47,811 nt of DNA, taken from Candidatus Thalassarchaeaceae archaeon (GTDB lineage: Archaea; Thermoplasmatota; Poseidoniia; Poseidoniales; Thalassarchaeaceae). Below are positions 9,816-18,987 of this stretch, one piece after another. The notes under the pieces were generated by a model that had not been told where the DNA came from, searched no databases, and saw nothing but the letters and a program-made list of their open reading frames with translations. The stretch is from positions 1-47,811 of the forward strand of contig JAQXEV010000034.1 in the NCBI GenBank assembly GCA_029250665.1, given 5' to 3'. Numbering within the stretch: the first letter of the stretch is position 1; every line of letters starts with the position of its first letter. The position numbers and the translations under genes were made by a program.

Positions 9816-12800
9816 ATGCGACGCAAGCAGACCGCTTTCTTCGTGACCCTACTCATACTGAGTAGTCTAGTCTTCGTATCCCAGACTCGGCCCCAGGCTC
9901 CAGTCTCCTCGGTAGACCCTCCTGACCAGCCAGGTTCTGGACCGATGGCGGTGGACCAAGATGAGGATCTCATCCCAGATATCCATGAGGTGATATTTGG
10001 AGAGGCACGTCATATTGACACTCCATTTGGAATCATAGTCATCGATGGTCTTGATCCGATGAATGGCTCTGACAATATAACCGACTTCGACCGAGATGGG
10101 GCGAGCGCCCTGATGGAATATTGCTGGCCTTGGACGCTCGACACATGTTTCACCGAACGTCTCTCCTTGACAGGTAAATCCCCTGATGAAACGGAATCAG
10201 GTTTCCGGGAGTACCTCGACCCTCGTGAATCAGATAGCGATGGGGACGGAATACCCGACGGTTTTGAGATATACATGTGCACCGAGGGCGGTACTGGGTA
10301 CCAAAACCAAGCGACCAGCGAATGGGTCTGCCTCTACTTTGATCCTCTCGATAGTTCAGATCTGGTAGAAGATGCAGATCTGTGCATTGAACAAGCGAGC
10401 CAGTGGGGTTGCGGCGATGGATTCGACATAAACCGTGACGGCGAGATAGATATCGGTGAGAGATACACAAATTCCGAGGAATATTGGTTCGGCGCACCTG
10501 ATGGTTGGCTGACCGAGAGAGATGGCTTGTGGTGCGCTGGTAAAATGCCAAATTTGCATGCGGACGCTTGTCAGACCGATATCGAGCGTCCGACTGGAGA
10601 TGATGGTTGGTTAGGTACCGATCCGCGACGAATCGATTCGGACCATTACACTTGGAGCGAGTTGGTTCCAACCAGCCTCGCTGTACCAGGTGATGGAATC
10701 CCAGATGGATGGGAAGCCTATCACGGACTCGACCCTCGAAATGCCAGCGATGCGGTCCTCGATAGCGATTCGGATGGTTGGGATATCGATCGAGATGGCT
10801 TCATCATTCCAGATACATCAATTGCCACCGCTCAATGGGGCGAGGCATTCAGTAATTTTGAGGAGTACATGCTCCACCTCGATAGTGGCAATTGGGTTCG
10901 CCCGGGATTGAGAGCTTCGATGCTTACGGGCGCTTCTGAAGAGTCAATGTTCTTCGATCAGAGTACTGACCCCATGCTCGTCGATGGTCGAGTTCACACA
11001 GTGATTTCCGACCAAGGAAGAGACCGTTTGATTGTTGGCTCAGCCTATGGAATCACCACCATCGACCCATTCCAAGGCACCTCCTCAACGGCCGAGCTTC
11101 CTCAAGGGATGGAGATGTTCACAATGATGAGGTGGAGTCCAGCATCAGAGGATTACCTCATCATCGGCACCAATCAAGGCCTTCACGCCTTGATTCTTGA
11201 AAACGGTCTACCACAGATGGATACGATGACCGAATCTGATATCGGGGCCGTTCGGGTCATAGAGAGACTTCAGACCGGCAGTGGTGATCTCGACCTCTTC
11301 ATTCTTGGCCAAGGCACAAATGTCTGGACGATGACCCTTTCCGAGCCTGCCTCGGGTCGAGGCACTCCTGATTTCACCTCTCCAATCTTCATTCAACCCC
11401 TCTCCGATCTCGTCGCAGATGCAGGTGCCTCTCTGACGGAAGTCATTCACGTGCCGATGGCCGGGCGAGGTCCAATGCTCATCGTCGGAACTGACAGTGG
11501 AATGATCCGCTGGGACACGACCGATGGAACACCATCCATCGGCAACCCATTCTGGATTTATGATACTGACACGGCGGAGGATTACGTGCAATTTGCCGAC
11601 CTTCTAAATTCCTCTAAATCTGCTGTTGTGAATGTGATGGAGCTCGCTGGCCCAGTCGCCGCCGATGGCTCGCTCGAAGAGGTCACAGGAATCTGGCTGG
11701 GTACTCCTGGCGGCTTGCACCTAATCGATCTCGACCTCTTCGTCGGTCTACCAGAGCAGGCCTTCAACACCGATCGAATGTTCAACATTGAGCGATGGGA
11801 GGAAGGCGCTAACGACATTCACTCGATTCTCGCCATTGAAAAATGTGTCATCCTCGGTTCAAGAGATGGAACTTGGGCTCTCGAAGGTGGCTCTCACGGC
11901 ATCCTTGGATATTTTGGTAATCAGACGAGACTCCCTGGTTTAGTCACATCACTCTCGACTTTCATCAATGATGGCAATGAGTATATCTTCGCTGGAGTAT
12001 CACCTGGTAAATACATGAACATCATGCCGATCGACCCGCAGTCCTCTGATTCCGACCTCGACGGCATGCCTGATGGTTGGGAATTTGTCTACGGCCTCGA
12101 CCCTACTGACCCTTACGACCGTGAGCGCGATGCTGACGCTGATGGAGTTCACTTCGATGTTGCCGGAGTCGAATTCAGCCGCGATTGGAGTAATCTCGAC
12201 GAATATCGCTTCGTCAATACTAGCGAGGGTGGTTTCAACGGCACCGATCCTCGCAATATCGATACTGATGGCGACGGCTTGACCGACGGTCAGGAGTATT
12301 GGGGATGGTTCGCAGACTCGACGGAATTCTCTTGCCATTACCTGAATGAGGAATACATCTGTGACGATGATGACGGCGAAGATGCCCTCGACGTTCACCT
12401 CTCTGGTTGGCTTAACTCTGGAGCTGGTGGAGGAACTGATGGCCCAACCGATCCGACGAGCGCTGACAGTGACGGTGACGGAATGCCCGACGGCTGGGAG
12501 ATTGAGCACCGTCGCTGGATTGGCGATGTTTACACCGGAGGCAACCTCTGGACCCTTGACCCGCGTGACCCGAGCGATGCGACCATGGATGCTGATGGAG
12601 ATGGCCTCGATAACCTCTGTGAATACATGTGGGGCAACTTGCTGGAGACGGTCCTTATCGAAGGCCTACCTACTCACCGAGAGAACGCCAGCGCTGCTCA
12701 GAGTTGGACCAAGACCGACCCCAATAACCCCGATTCCGATGGCGATTCTCTACCTGACGGCTGGGAGGCCCGTTACCAGTGCACTTGGGGCCGCAATAAT

Positions 12801-15548
12801 CAAGGAATCAACCCGCTGAATGGCTCGGACGCCCTCAACAACCCGGATGGAGATGGATTCGATGTCAATCATGACGGTGTCCTCGACTTGAATGAGAGCT
12901 TGGTCAATTGGCTGGAATACCATCTCAAGGATCAGATTATCCACACCGATACGACCGATACAGGCCTCACATTTCCAGATAATTTCACCACACTGCTCGC
13001 CCACGAGTCATGGATTGGCTTCGCTGGAGCCTCTTTCGGCCTCCACACTAGCAATTCCTATCGTAGTCTGATTAACGGCACCACTAGCGACGATGTCGGT
13101 GCCTCTAACCCTCTGGAATCCGACTCCGACCACGATGGCATCCCTGACGGTTGGGAATTCTACCACGCGCGGTGGAGTCTGTATGACGAGGGTTGGACTC
13201 TCAATCCTGTCGATGAAGGCGATCAGATTGGCGATCCCGACGGTGATGGGATGAACAATTGGGAGGAGTACAATGTCATCGACGGAAACATGAGTGAGAT
13301 CGATGATCTCACGACCGTACCGCAATTCTACCTCCTCCACGTCGGTGGTGAATTACTCGCAACACCTTGGCTCTCCGCTGAATCCACACTCTCATTCGGA
13401 ACATTCCTAAGCGAGGAGCAAATTTCTCTCACCGGCTACACCGCTGATCCCAACGACCCAGATACCGATGGCGACGGCCTTCTCGATGGGATCGAATTGA
13501 TGTTCACTCGCTGGAATGCCAGCGATGAGGTCTGGACCCTCAATCCATTGGTAGCCGGCGATGGAAATTACGACTCGGATCGCGACGGCATCACAGACCT
13601 TGTTGAACTCAATCTCACAAATAAGAATCCCCAAAATGGCGGACTATCGCCACCCGACGCTCCCCGACTTTGGGAAGAAGCCGAATCTCTCGACCCGGAC
13701 GAGTCGGTCAACAGAGTATATCGTATCCTCTTCAACAAGGAAGGTCGGGCCGAAATCGCCCTTGAGCAATTCGATGCATGGCAGCTCGGTGAGCCGGCCA
13801 AGCCGCTGCTACAAGCCTTGTTGGGCATCACCGACCCAAATGCCGAGGACACTGACCGGGATGGCATGAGTGATGGCTACGAGTACTGGTTCACCGAATG
13901 GGACCTAGAAGCCAATATTTGGACGATGAACGCACTTACAGATGCCGATGTCCATGTAGATAGTGATGAGGATTCATTCGATTGCAATGGAGACGGATAC
14001 ATATCGGACTCGGAATCATTCGACAACCTTGCTGAATACGATGCCCGCGTCTATGGGAAGCGTTCGGCAATCGACACAATACCTAATGGAACAGGCTTAG
14101 TGTCCTACGGTCTCGACACGATTACCGCCTTCATGCAGGAGCAAAGCATGTCTGAGCAAGCCGCTGCCGACCAACTTTGGGTGATGTTTTCGACCAAGGA
14201 CATCGTCTCAAGTGATCGGGCAGGTCTAATCAACTCCATTGACCCCGACAATTTCAATTTCAGTCTTGCAGGGGTCTCTGATCCAACACATGCAGACTCC
14301 GACAGCGATGGCCTGCCCGATGGCTGGGAATTCTGTTACTCGATTTACGGCCAATGGCTACCCGTCAACGAGTACCGCTGGTCTCTCAATCCACTGAACC
14401 CTCTCGACATCGAGTATGATCCTGATGCTGACGGCTGGTACGACCGAACAATATTCGACACTCCTGCCACACAAGGAGAGTGGGAGAACCGTGAATTCAC
14501 ACCAGGACCAGCCGGCGACCAAATCATCCCATCTTACGCTGAACTCTACTTCACTAATCTGATGGAATACAATAACGGAACTCATCCGCTTGACATCGAT
14601 AGCGACGATGACTCTCAGATTATGGAGGTCACTCGAAGCGGCGGAAACGTCGTCAGCTATGAACAGAACATGAATCTTTCAGATGGCCGTGAGGTGTTCA
14701 AGTATGGAACAAACGCGCTTGACAACGACACGGACGGCGACATGATGCCCGACTTCTACGAGTATTATAGAGGTTGGAACGAGACCAATGACAATTGGTC
14801 TTCGCACCTACAGATTTCAGTCGTCTGGTATCAGGTAACGCCGAGCGTCCTCAAGCCCGTCACCGTCAATGGTGGCACAATCGGACGTCCATTACTCGAT
14901 TGGACATGGTTCACACACGACGCGACCGACGCCAGCGATGCGGGCCAAGATGCGGACAATGACGGAGGCTGGGATTGTACTGGGGGCAATTGTGTTTACA
15001 TTCCATACAACAATTTCCAAGAATACTACGGCGTTGTCAATGCGACTCTTTCCTCACCAACACTTGTTCGACAGGCGAACCTCTTCGATTGCTCAGGAGG
15101 CACTGTTGAGGAATGGTGGCAACTGCGCGAGGCTCTGCTAGGGACATGTGGCGGGGCTGCTGCGCTTGAGACCAATTACTTCCGAATGTACAAAATTAAC
15201 AACGACGATACCCTCTATGCTTACATCGTCGATGACAATGATGTCGATTACCAATTGCTAGATGAATCCGATGACGAAATACTCGTCAACGGAGCTTGGG
15301 CAGACATATACGATCGATTTGCTGGTGATCGATATCACTTCCCTAACACTGGTTTGGGAGAATATGTCTGGGGCTGGTGGATGATTGATATTGATGGCGA
15401 TCAAATCGCTGACGGTACAAATCCAGCGCACTGGGATACCGATGGTGATTGGCTAAACGATTACTTTGAGATCGAGGACGATATGTTGGACGGTGTACGG
15501 GGTAACTCGGGTTCGCCGATTCGTTATGATGACCGAACGACCGAGTGA
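9816..15548 (+). CDS. Giant secreted Asp-rich Ca-binding (TSP3-like DxDxDGxxDGWE) repeat protein with central propeller-like insert
   Basis: Signal peptide (MRRKQTAFFVTLLIL), about 17 DxDxDG repeats and central LIIGTNQGL/IWLGTPGGL motifs. GAGGT SD-like site precedes ATG 9816; alternative start 9795. Confidence 0.8.
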   Translation: MRRKQTAFFVTLLILSSLVFVSQTRPQAPVSSVDPPDQPGSGPMAVDQDEDLIPDIHEVIFGEARHIDTPFGIIVIDGLDPMNGSDNITDFDRDGASALMEYCWPWTLDTCFTERLSLTGKSPDETESGFREYLDPRESDSDGDGIPDGFEIYMCTEGGTGYQNQATSEWVCLYFDPLDSSDLVEDADLCIEQASQWGCGDGFDINRDGEIDIGERYTNSEEYWFGAPDGWLTERDGLWCAGKMPNLHADACQTDIERPTGDDGWLGTDPRRIDSDHYTWSELVPTSLAVPGDGIPDGWEAYHGLDPRNASDAVLDSDSDGWDIDRDGFIIPDTSIATAQWGEAFSNFEEYMLHLDSGNWVRPGLRASMLTGASEESMFFDQSTDPMLVDGRVHTVISDQGRDRLIVGSAYGITTIDPFQGTSSTAELPQGMEMFTMMRWSPASEDYLIIGTNQGLHALILENGLPQMDTMTESDIGAVRVIERLQTGSGDLDLFILGQGTNVWTMTLSEPASGRGTPDFTSPIFIQPLSDLVADAGASLTEVIHVPMAGRGPMLIVGTDSGMIRWDTTDGTPSIGNPFWIYDTDTAEDYVQFADLLNSSKSAVVNVMELAGPVAADGSLEEVTGIWLGTPGGLHLIDLDLFVGLPEQAFNTDRMFNIERWEEGANDIHSILAIEKCVILGSRDGTWALEGGSHGILGYFGNQTRLPGLVTSLSTFINDGNEYIFAGVSPGKYMNIMPIDPQSSDSDLDGMPDGWEFVYGLDPTDPYDRERDADADGVHFDVAGVEFSRDWSNLDEYRFVNTSEGGFNGTDPRNIDTDGDGLTDGQEYWGWFADSTEFSCHYLNEEYICDDDDGEDALDVHLSGWLNSGAGGGTDGPTDPTSADSDGDGMPDGWEIEHRRWIGDVYTGGNLWTLDPRDPSDATMDADGDGLDNLCEYMWGNLLETVLIEGLPTHRENASAAQSWTKTDPNNPDSDGDSLPDGWEARYQCTWGRNNQGINPLNGSDALNNPDGDGFDVNHDGVLDLNESLVNWLEYHLKDQIIHTDTTDTGLTFPDNFTTLLAHESWIGFAGASFGLHTSNSYRSLINGTTSDDVGASNPLESDSDHDGIPDGWEFYHARWSLYDEGWTLNPVDEGDQIGDPDGDGMNNWEEYNVIDGNMSEIDDLTTVPQFYLLHVGGELLATPWLSAESTLSFGTFLSEEQISLTGYTADPNDPDTDGDGLLDGIELMFTRWNASDEVWTLNPLVAGDGNYDSDRDGITDLVELNLTNKNPQNGGLSPPDAPRLWEEAESLDPDESVNRVYRILFNKEGRAEIALEQFDAWQLGEPAKPLLQALLGITDPNAEDTDRDGMSDGYEYWFTEWDLEANIWTMNALTDADVHVDSDEDSFDCNGDGYISDSESFDNLAEYDARVYGKRSAIDTIPNGTGLVSYGLDTITAFMQEQSMSEQAAADQLWVMFSTKDIVSSDRAGLINSIDPDNFNFSLAGVSDPTHADSDSDGLPDGWEFCYSIYGQWLPVNEYRWSLNPLNPLDIEYDPDADGWYDRTIFDTPATQGEWENREFTPGPAGDQIIPSYAELYFTNLMEYNNGTHPLDIDSDDDSQIMEVTRSGGNVVSYEQNMNLSDGREVFKYGTNALDNDTDGDMMPDFYEYYRGWNETNDNWSSHLQISVVWYQVTPSVLKPVTVNGGTIGRPLLDWTWFTHDATDASDAGQDADNDGGWDCTGGNCVYIPYNNFQEYYGVVNATLSSPTLVRQANLFDCSGGTVEEWWQLREALLGTCGGAAALETNYFRMYKINNDDTLYAYIVDDNDVDYQLLDESDDEILVNGAWADIYDRFAGDRYHFPNTGLGEYVWGWWMIDIDGDQIADGTNPAHWDTDGDWLNDYFEIEDDMLDGVRGNSGSPIRYDDRTTE

Positions 15549-15622
15549 TCTTGATAACGAACTGACCGAGGTACGTTTCTACTGAGCGACTTCGGTTGAT
15601 TCTTGAGTGAGGAACGCGAGGG

Positions 15623-16099
15623 TTGCCCGTGGACGAGGATGCGAAGATTCCCGGGCCGGAACAACCGGTCGAGGAGCGCCTACTGTTTCTACAGGAGAAT
15701 CTCGTCAACTTCGTCAAGCAGTACAGCCTCCCGGTAATCGAGGTAGCGCTTGTAGTCTCGAAGTACATCCGCATGCTTCTGACCTCATTGGAACAAGCTG
15801 CGGCTGAAAGCGGGGAAAAAATCCCTGCGAATATCGCCGAGCCTTGGGAGGTCGAGTTCGATGGAGTTGTGCCAAGTATCGAATCATTCCCACTGGACAA
15901 GTTGCTCGGAACTCTAGATGAGGATAGAATGGACATTCTCGACACTATGATGCGGGTGATTATCAACGGGGCCGAGATTCCTTTCTCATCCACTCTCACC
16001 TTACTGCGTGACTGGGAGATGCGGCTGCGAGCACAGATGGCCGAGGCGACCAGCCCCGGCCACTTGTTTAGCCCCATGGATCTTCCAGATGGATTCTGA
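15623..16099 (+). CDS. Hypothetical alpha-helical protein
   Basis: 158-aa ORF filling the gap, with natural amphipathic helical composition. Start (TTG/GTG) is uncertain. Confidence 0.7.
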   Translation: MPVDEDAKIPGPEQPVEERLLFLQENLVNFVKQYSLPVIEVALVVSKYIRMLLTSLEQAAAESGEKIPANIAEPWEVEFDGVVPSIESFPLDKLLGTLDEDRMDILDTMMRVIINGAEIPFSSTLTLLRDWEMRLRAQMAEATSPGHLFSPMDLPDGF

Positions 16100-16140
16100 T
16101 TTTCATCACAGAAGCCCTTACTCAGAGAGATTAACAGGTT

Positions 16141-16959
16141 TCATGATTCTATGCAGTATGGGCAGGATTTGGCGATTACGTACTGTTCGCTCTCCATTTC
16201 TTCCTCAGTCAAAGGCTCTCGACAAGCCCAGCATACCTGCGTAGTCGTCTCCTCAAGGGCGGGGTCGAGAGCGACACGACGGTCGAAAACAAAACAATCA
16301 CCATTCCAATGTTCGCCGCCGACTTCCTCGAAGTATCCTAGAATTCCACCCTTGAGTTGACGAACGTCGGAATAGCCTTGATTCATCATCACCGCGCTAG
16401 CCTTCTCACAGCGAATACCGCCGGTGCAGAACATCACAATTGTCTGATCCTTATCGATTCCAGATGTACTCACCGCTTCTGGGAAGCCACGGAACGAGGA
16501 TAAATTGAGGTCGATTGCTCCATCAAAAGTTCCTAATTTGACTTCGTAATCATTGCGTGTATCGAGGACGGCAATTTCACGCCCCTCGTCCATCCACTGC
16601 TTGAATTCAGCCGGTGAGATATTTTCGCCAGTATGCTCGGCTGGGCGAATTTCGTCAAGGCCAAGTGAAATGATTTCTTTCTTCAATCGAACATTCATTC
16701 TCCTGAACGACATCCTTTCGCTGTAAGAAAACTTCAATTTGATGCCGACAAATCTCTCATCCTTCTGAAGAAATTCAAGAAATTCTTCGATGCCGGACTG
16801 GTTGCCAGAAAGAAAGAAGTTGATTCCTTCGTGACTGAGTAAAATTGTCCCGAGAAGTCCGGCTTCGTCGCACGCAGACTTGAACGGAGCGCGCAAAGCG
16901 TCGCGATCGGGCAAATCGACGAAGCGATATCCTGCGATATTGACGATTTGACCTTCCAC
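16141..16959 (-). CDS. trhO: UPF0176/TrhO rhodanese-domain tRNA U34 hydroxylase-like protein
   Basis: GTILLSHEGIN, LKKEII, LDTRNDYE, MFCTGGIRCEKA, LKGGILGY and CFVFDRR motifs, plus C-terminal CxxC...CPxC. GTG start. Confidence 0.85.
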   Translation of the reverse strand: MEGQIVNIAGYRFVDLPDRDALRAPFKSACDEAGLLGTILLSHEGINFFLSGNQSGIEEFLEFLQKDERFVGIKLKFSYSERMSFRRMNVRLKKEIISLGLDEIRPAEHTGENISPAEFKQWMDEGREIAVLDTRNDYEVKLGTFDGAIDLNLSSFRGFPEAVSTSGIDKDQTIVMFCTGGIRCEKASAVMMNQGYSDVRQLKGGILGYFEEVGGEHWNGDCFVFDRRVALDPALEETTTQVCWACREPLTEEEMESEQYVIAKSCPYCIES

Positions 16960-16969
16960 TCAGCCCACC

Positions 16970-17299
16970 CTATCCGGATTGAGCGCGCGCGACTATCCCG
17001 CTTGAAACCCACCATGCATCACCGATGGACCAGATGTAGAGTATAGGCCAAAGGACGATGGTCAGAATCAGCGGGAATTGCACGGCAAACCAGCCCGCAG
17101 CCTTGCGATGTTGCCGGTTGAAGTGCTGACCGATATAGAGGAACGGAACTAGGGCTAAAGCAATGGCAATAAGAGGTCTAAGAGCCCCCCATGGACCTAT
17201 CCCTCCACTAATCTCGTACCAGATGACTCGGACGACTCCCAAGGGACCTGCGCCCCCCTCATCCTCTTCGACCACCTGCACGACGTACTCGTCGCTCAT
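16970..17299 (-). CDS. Small membrane protein of unknown function
   Basis: Two hydrophobic segments; ATG at 17299; 10 nt upstream of the trhO-like gene on the same strand. Confidence 0.65.
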   Translation of the reverse strand: MSDEYVVQVVEEDEGGAGPLGVVRVIWYEISGGIGPWGALRPLIAIALALVPFLYIGQHFNRQHRKAAGWFAVQFPLILTIVLWPILYIWSIGDAWWVSSGIVARAQSG

Positions 17300-17367
17300 C
17301 GATACACCCTCACGCCGCTGGTGAATGAATCTGACGACGCGGCGGGCCGCGTAAAGCACAACTATCG

Positions 17368-18384
17368 ATGGCCTATGAGCGGGCCGTGACCCTACGAGTC
17401 TTGCTCACGGGATTCCCTCCTTTTGGTGGCCATAATGAGAATGTTTCAGACAAGGTTCGCTGTAAGATTGAGTCGGTTGGAATTGTCGATATTGAATTGC
17501 AGACTTTACTGTTGACTTGTGACGAAGCGGGCTCGGAGCATGTTGCTTCTTTGATTCGTGATGGAGGCCGCTTCGATGCAATTATTCATCTCGGATTGGC
17601 TGAATCCCGCTCGGCAATTTCGCTTGAGCGCTGTGGGCAGAATGAGTCGAGGTTTCGCATGGCTGACAATTCTGGACGAGTGGCGCAAGGGATGGTCATC
17701 GAGGGAGGTCCTGCAAGGTTGGCTACGACCGCTTCTGTGCATGTGTTGGATGAGGAATTTGAACACGAGTCAGATATTGCTTGGAGCGATTCAGCCGGAG
17801 CGTTTGTCTGTAATGAGACGATTTATCGTACTCTAGAAGCGATCGACTCTGTCTCTGCGAAGACTTCGGATGGTCGAGCGCTTCCAGCCATTTTCATTCA
17901 CCTTCCGCCTGAATCTGAGGTTTCTCTGGAACGGCAGGTCGATGTTGTGCGGCGAGTTGTGTTGGCGCTGGCTAGTAAGCCACGGCTCGAAGTCGTCGGC
18001 GCACTAATCTTCGATGCCGAGGGGCGTATTCTCGCCTGTCGTCGACCTCCTGAGGATGTTTGGGGTGGATGGTGGGAATTCCCTGGAGGCAAAGTCGATG
18101 CTGGTGAGAGACCACGGGAAGCCTTAGTTCGTGAGATTGCTGAGGAATTACAACTCGATGTGGTACCTGAACGCATCGTCGCATCGCTGAACCATGAGTA
18201 TGATGATCGCCACGTTTCTCTCGATATCTGGAATTGTGGTGTTATCGACCCGAAGTTGGTTAATCCTATCGAACACGACGAGGTGCGCTGGCTCGACAGA
18301 GGCTCTCTCGATTCAGTGAAGTGGCTTCCAGCTGATGAACCACTTATCCGAGAATGGGTTGAATCCGGACTGCCTCAGTCCTGA
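17368..18384 (+). CDS. pcp: Pyroglutamyl-peptidase I (C15) fused to a MutT-like NUDIX hydrolase
   Basis: VLLTGFPPFGG, ISLER (Glu), AGAFVCNE (Cys), FIHLP (His), then WEFPGGKVDAGERPREALVREIAEEL (NUDIX box) and WLPAD. Confidence 0.9.
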   Translation: MAYERAVTLRVLLTGFPPFGGHNENVSDKVRCKIESVGIVDIELQTLLLTCDEAGSEHVASLIRDGGRFDAIIHLGLAESRSAISLERCGQNESRFRMADNSGRVAQGMVIEGGPARLATTASVHVLDEEFEHESDIAWSDSAGAFVCNETIYRTLEAIDSVSAKTSDGRALPAIFIHLPPESEVSLERQVDVVRRVVLALASKPRLEVVGALIFDAEGRILACRRPPEDVWGGWWEFPGGKVDAGERPREALVREIAEELQLDVVPERIVASLNHEYDDRHVSLDIWNCGVIDPKLVNPIEHDEVRWLDRGSLDSVKWLPADEPLIREWVESGLPQS

Positions 18385-18893
18385 TCTTCGTTCATCGTTC
18401 GCCGACCTCGATTATCGAACCATTCTGTAGGCATTCCATCGTCATGCATCGCGAGGTCATCACCAGCAGTTCTTGGAATTGAATGACGTCCTTCGTGCCA
18501 AGTCTGCTGTTCCAACCAAAGGCCCAACTCCTCGCCTGATAGGCTCACATCCATGATGCCTCCAAACGGTCGTTCATCGGTGACGAAGGCTACCTTACCG
18601 ACGAAAGCGGCCTGCCTTGACAAAGAGAAAGTGGTGGTGTCGTCTTCGAGGTCCTGAGTCATCGCATCGAAGGCGGTGTCGAGGATTCGATTCTTCTCCG
18701 CTTGATTCAAAACGTGGTTAAGCGAGGCTGCTCGTCCAGTCAATCTGTAAGGCGCATCCTCGATTGGAAACTCTCTTTCTTGCTTCTCAAAATCACATTC
18801 CCACTGAGGGAAGACGCCGCGTACAGCTTCTATCACCCGCGCGGCGTCTTCGTGTGGCAGCACCGTGGTCGAGACGGTGATATCCGGCTCCAT
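18375..18893 (-). CDS. UPF0201 (DUF54) archaeal RNA-binding-domain protein
   Basis: VLPHEDAARVIEAVRGVFP, RILDTA and LSRQAAFVGKVAF resemble UPF0201 motifs. Confidence 0.7.
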   Translation of the reverse strand: MEPDITVSTTVLPHEDAARVIEAVRGVFPQWECDFEKQEREFPIEDAPYRLTGRAASLNHVLNQAEKNRILDTAFDAMTQDLEDDTTTFSLSRQAAFVGKVAFVTDERPFGGIMDVSLSGEELGLWLEQQTWHEGRHSIPRTAGDDLAMHDDGMPTEWFDNRGRRTMNEDQD

Positions 18894-18987
18894 GGCATCT
18901 CCACCCGGCTAAGGGTCATGATTCCTGTGGGTAACTACGCTCCCAACACCACGAATGATTCAAACGAGGGATTCAGGAGCCCCTAGC

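Noticed and set aside
9816..15548. Recurring GA(C/T)GG(C/T)GA-type DNA repeats as a possible CRISPR or tandem array
   Set aside because: Irregular spacing and synonymous divergence show these are protein-level DxDxDG repeats.
15343..16077. 244-aa minus-strand ORF
   Set aside because: Antisense to two better plus-strand genes and has no motifs. The same applies to 5799-6413, 38025-38642 and 43003-43626.
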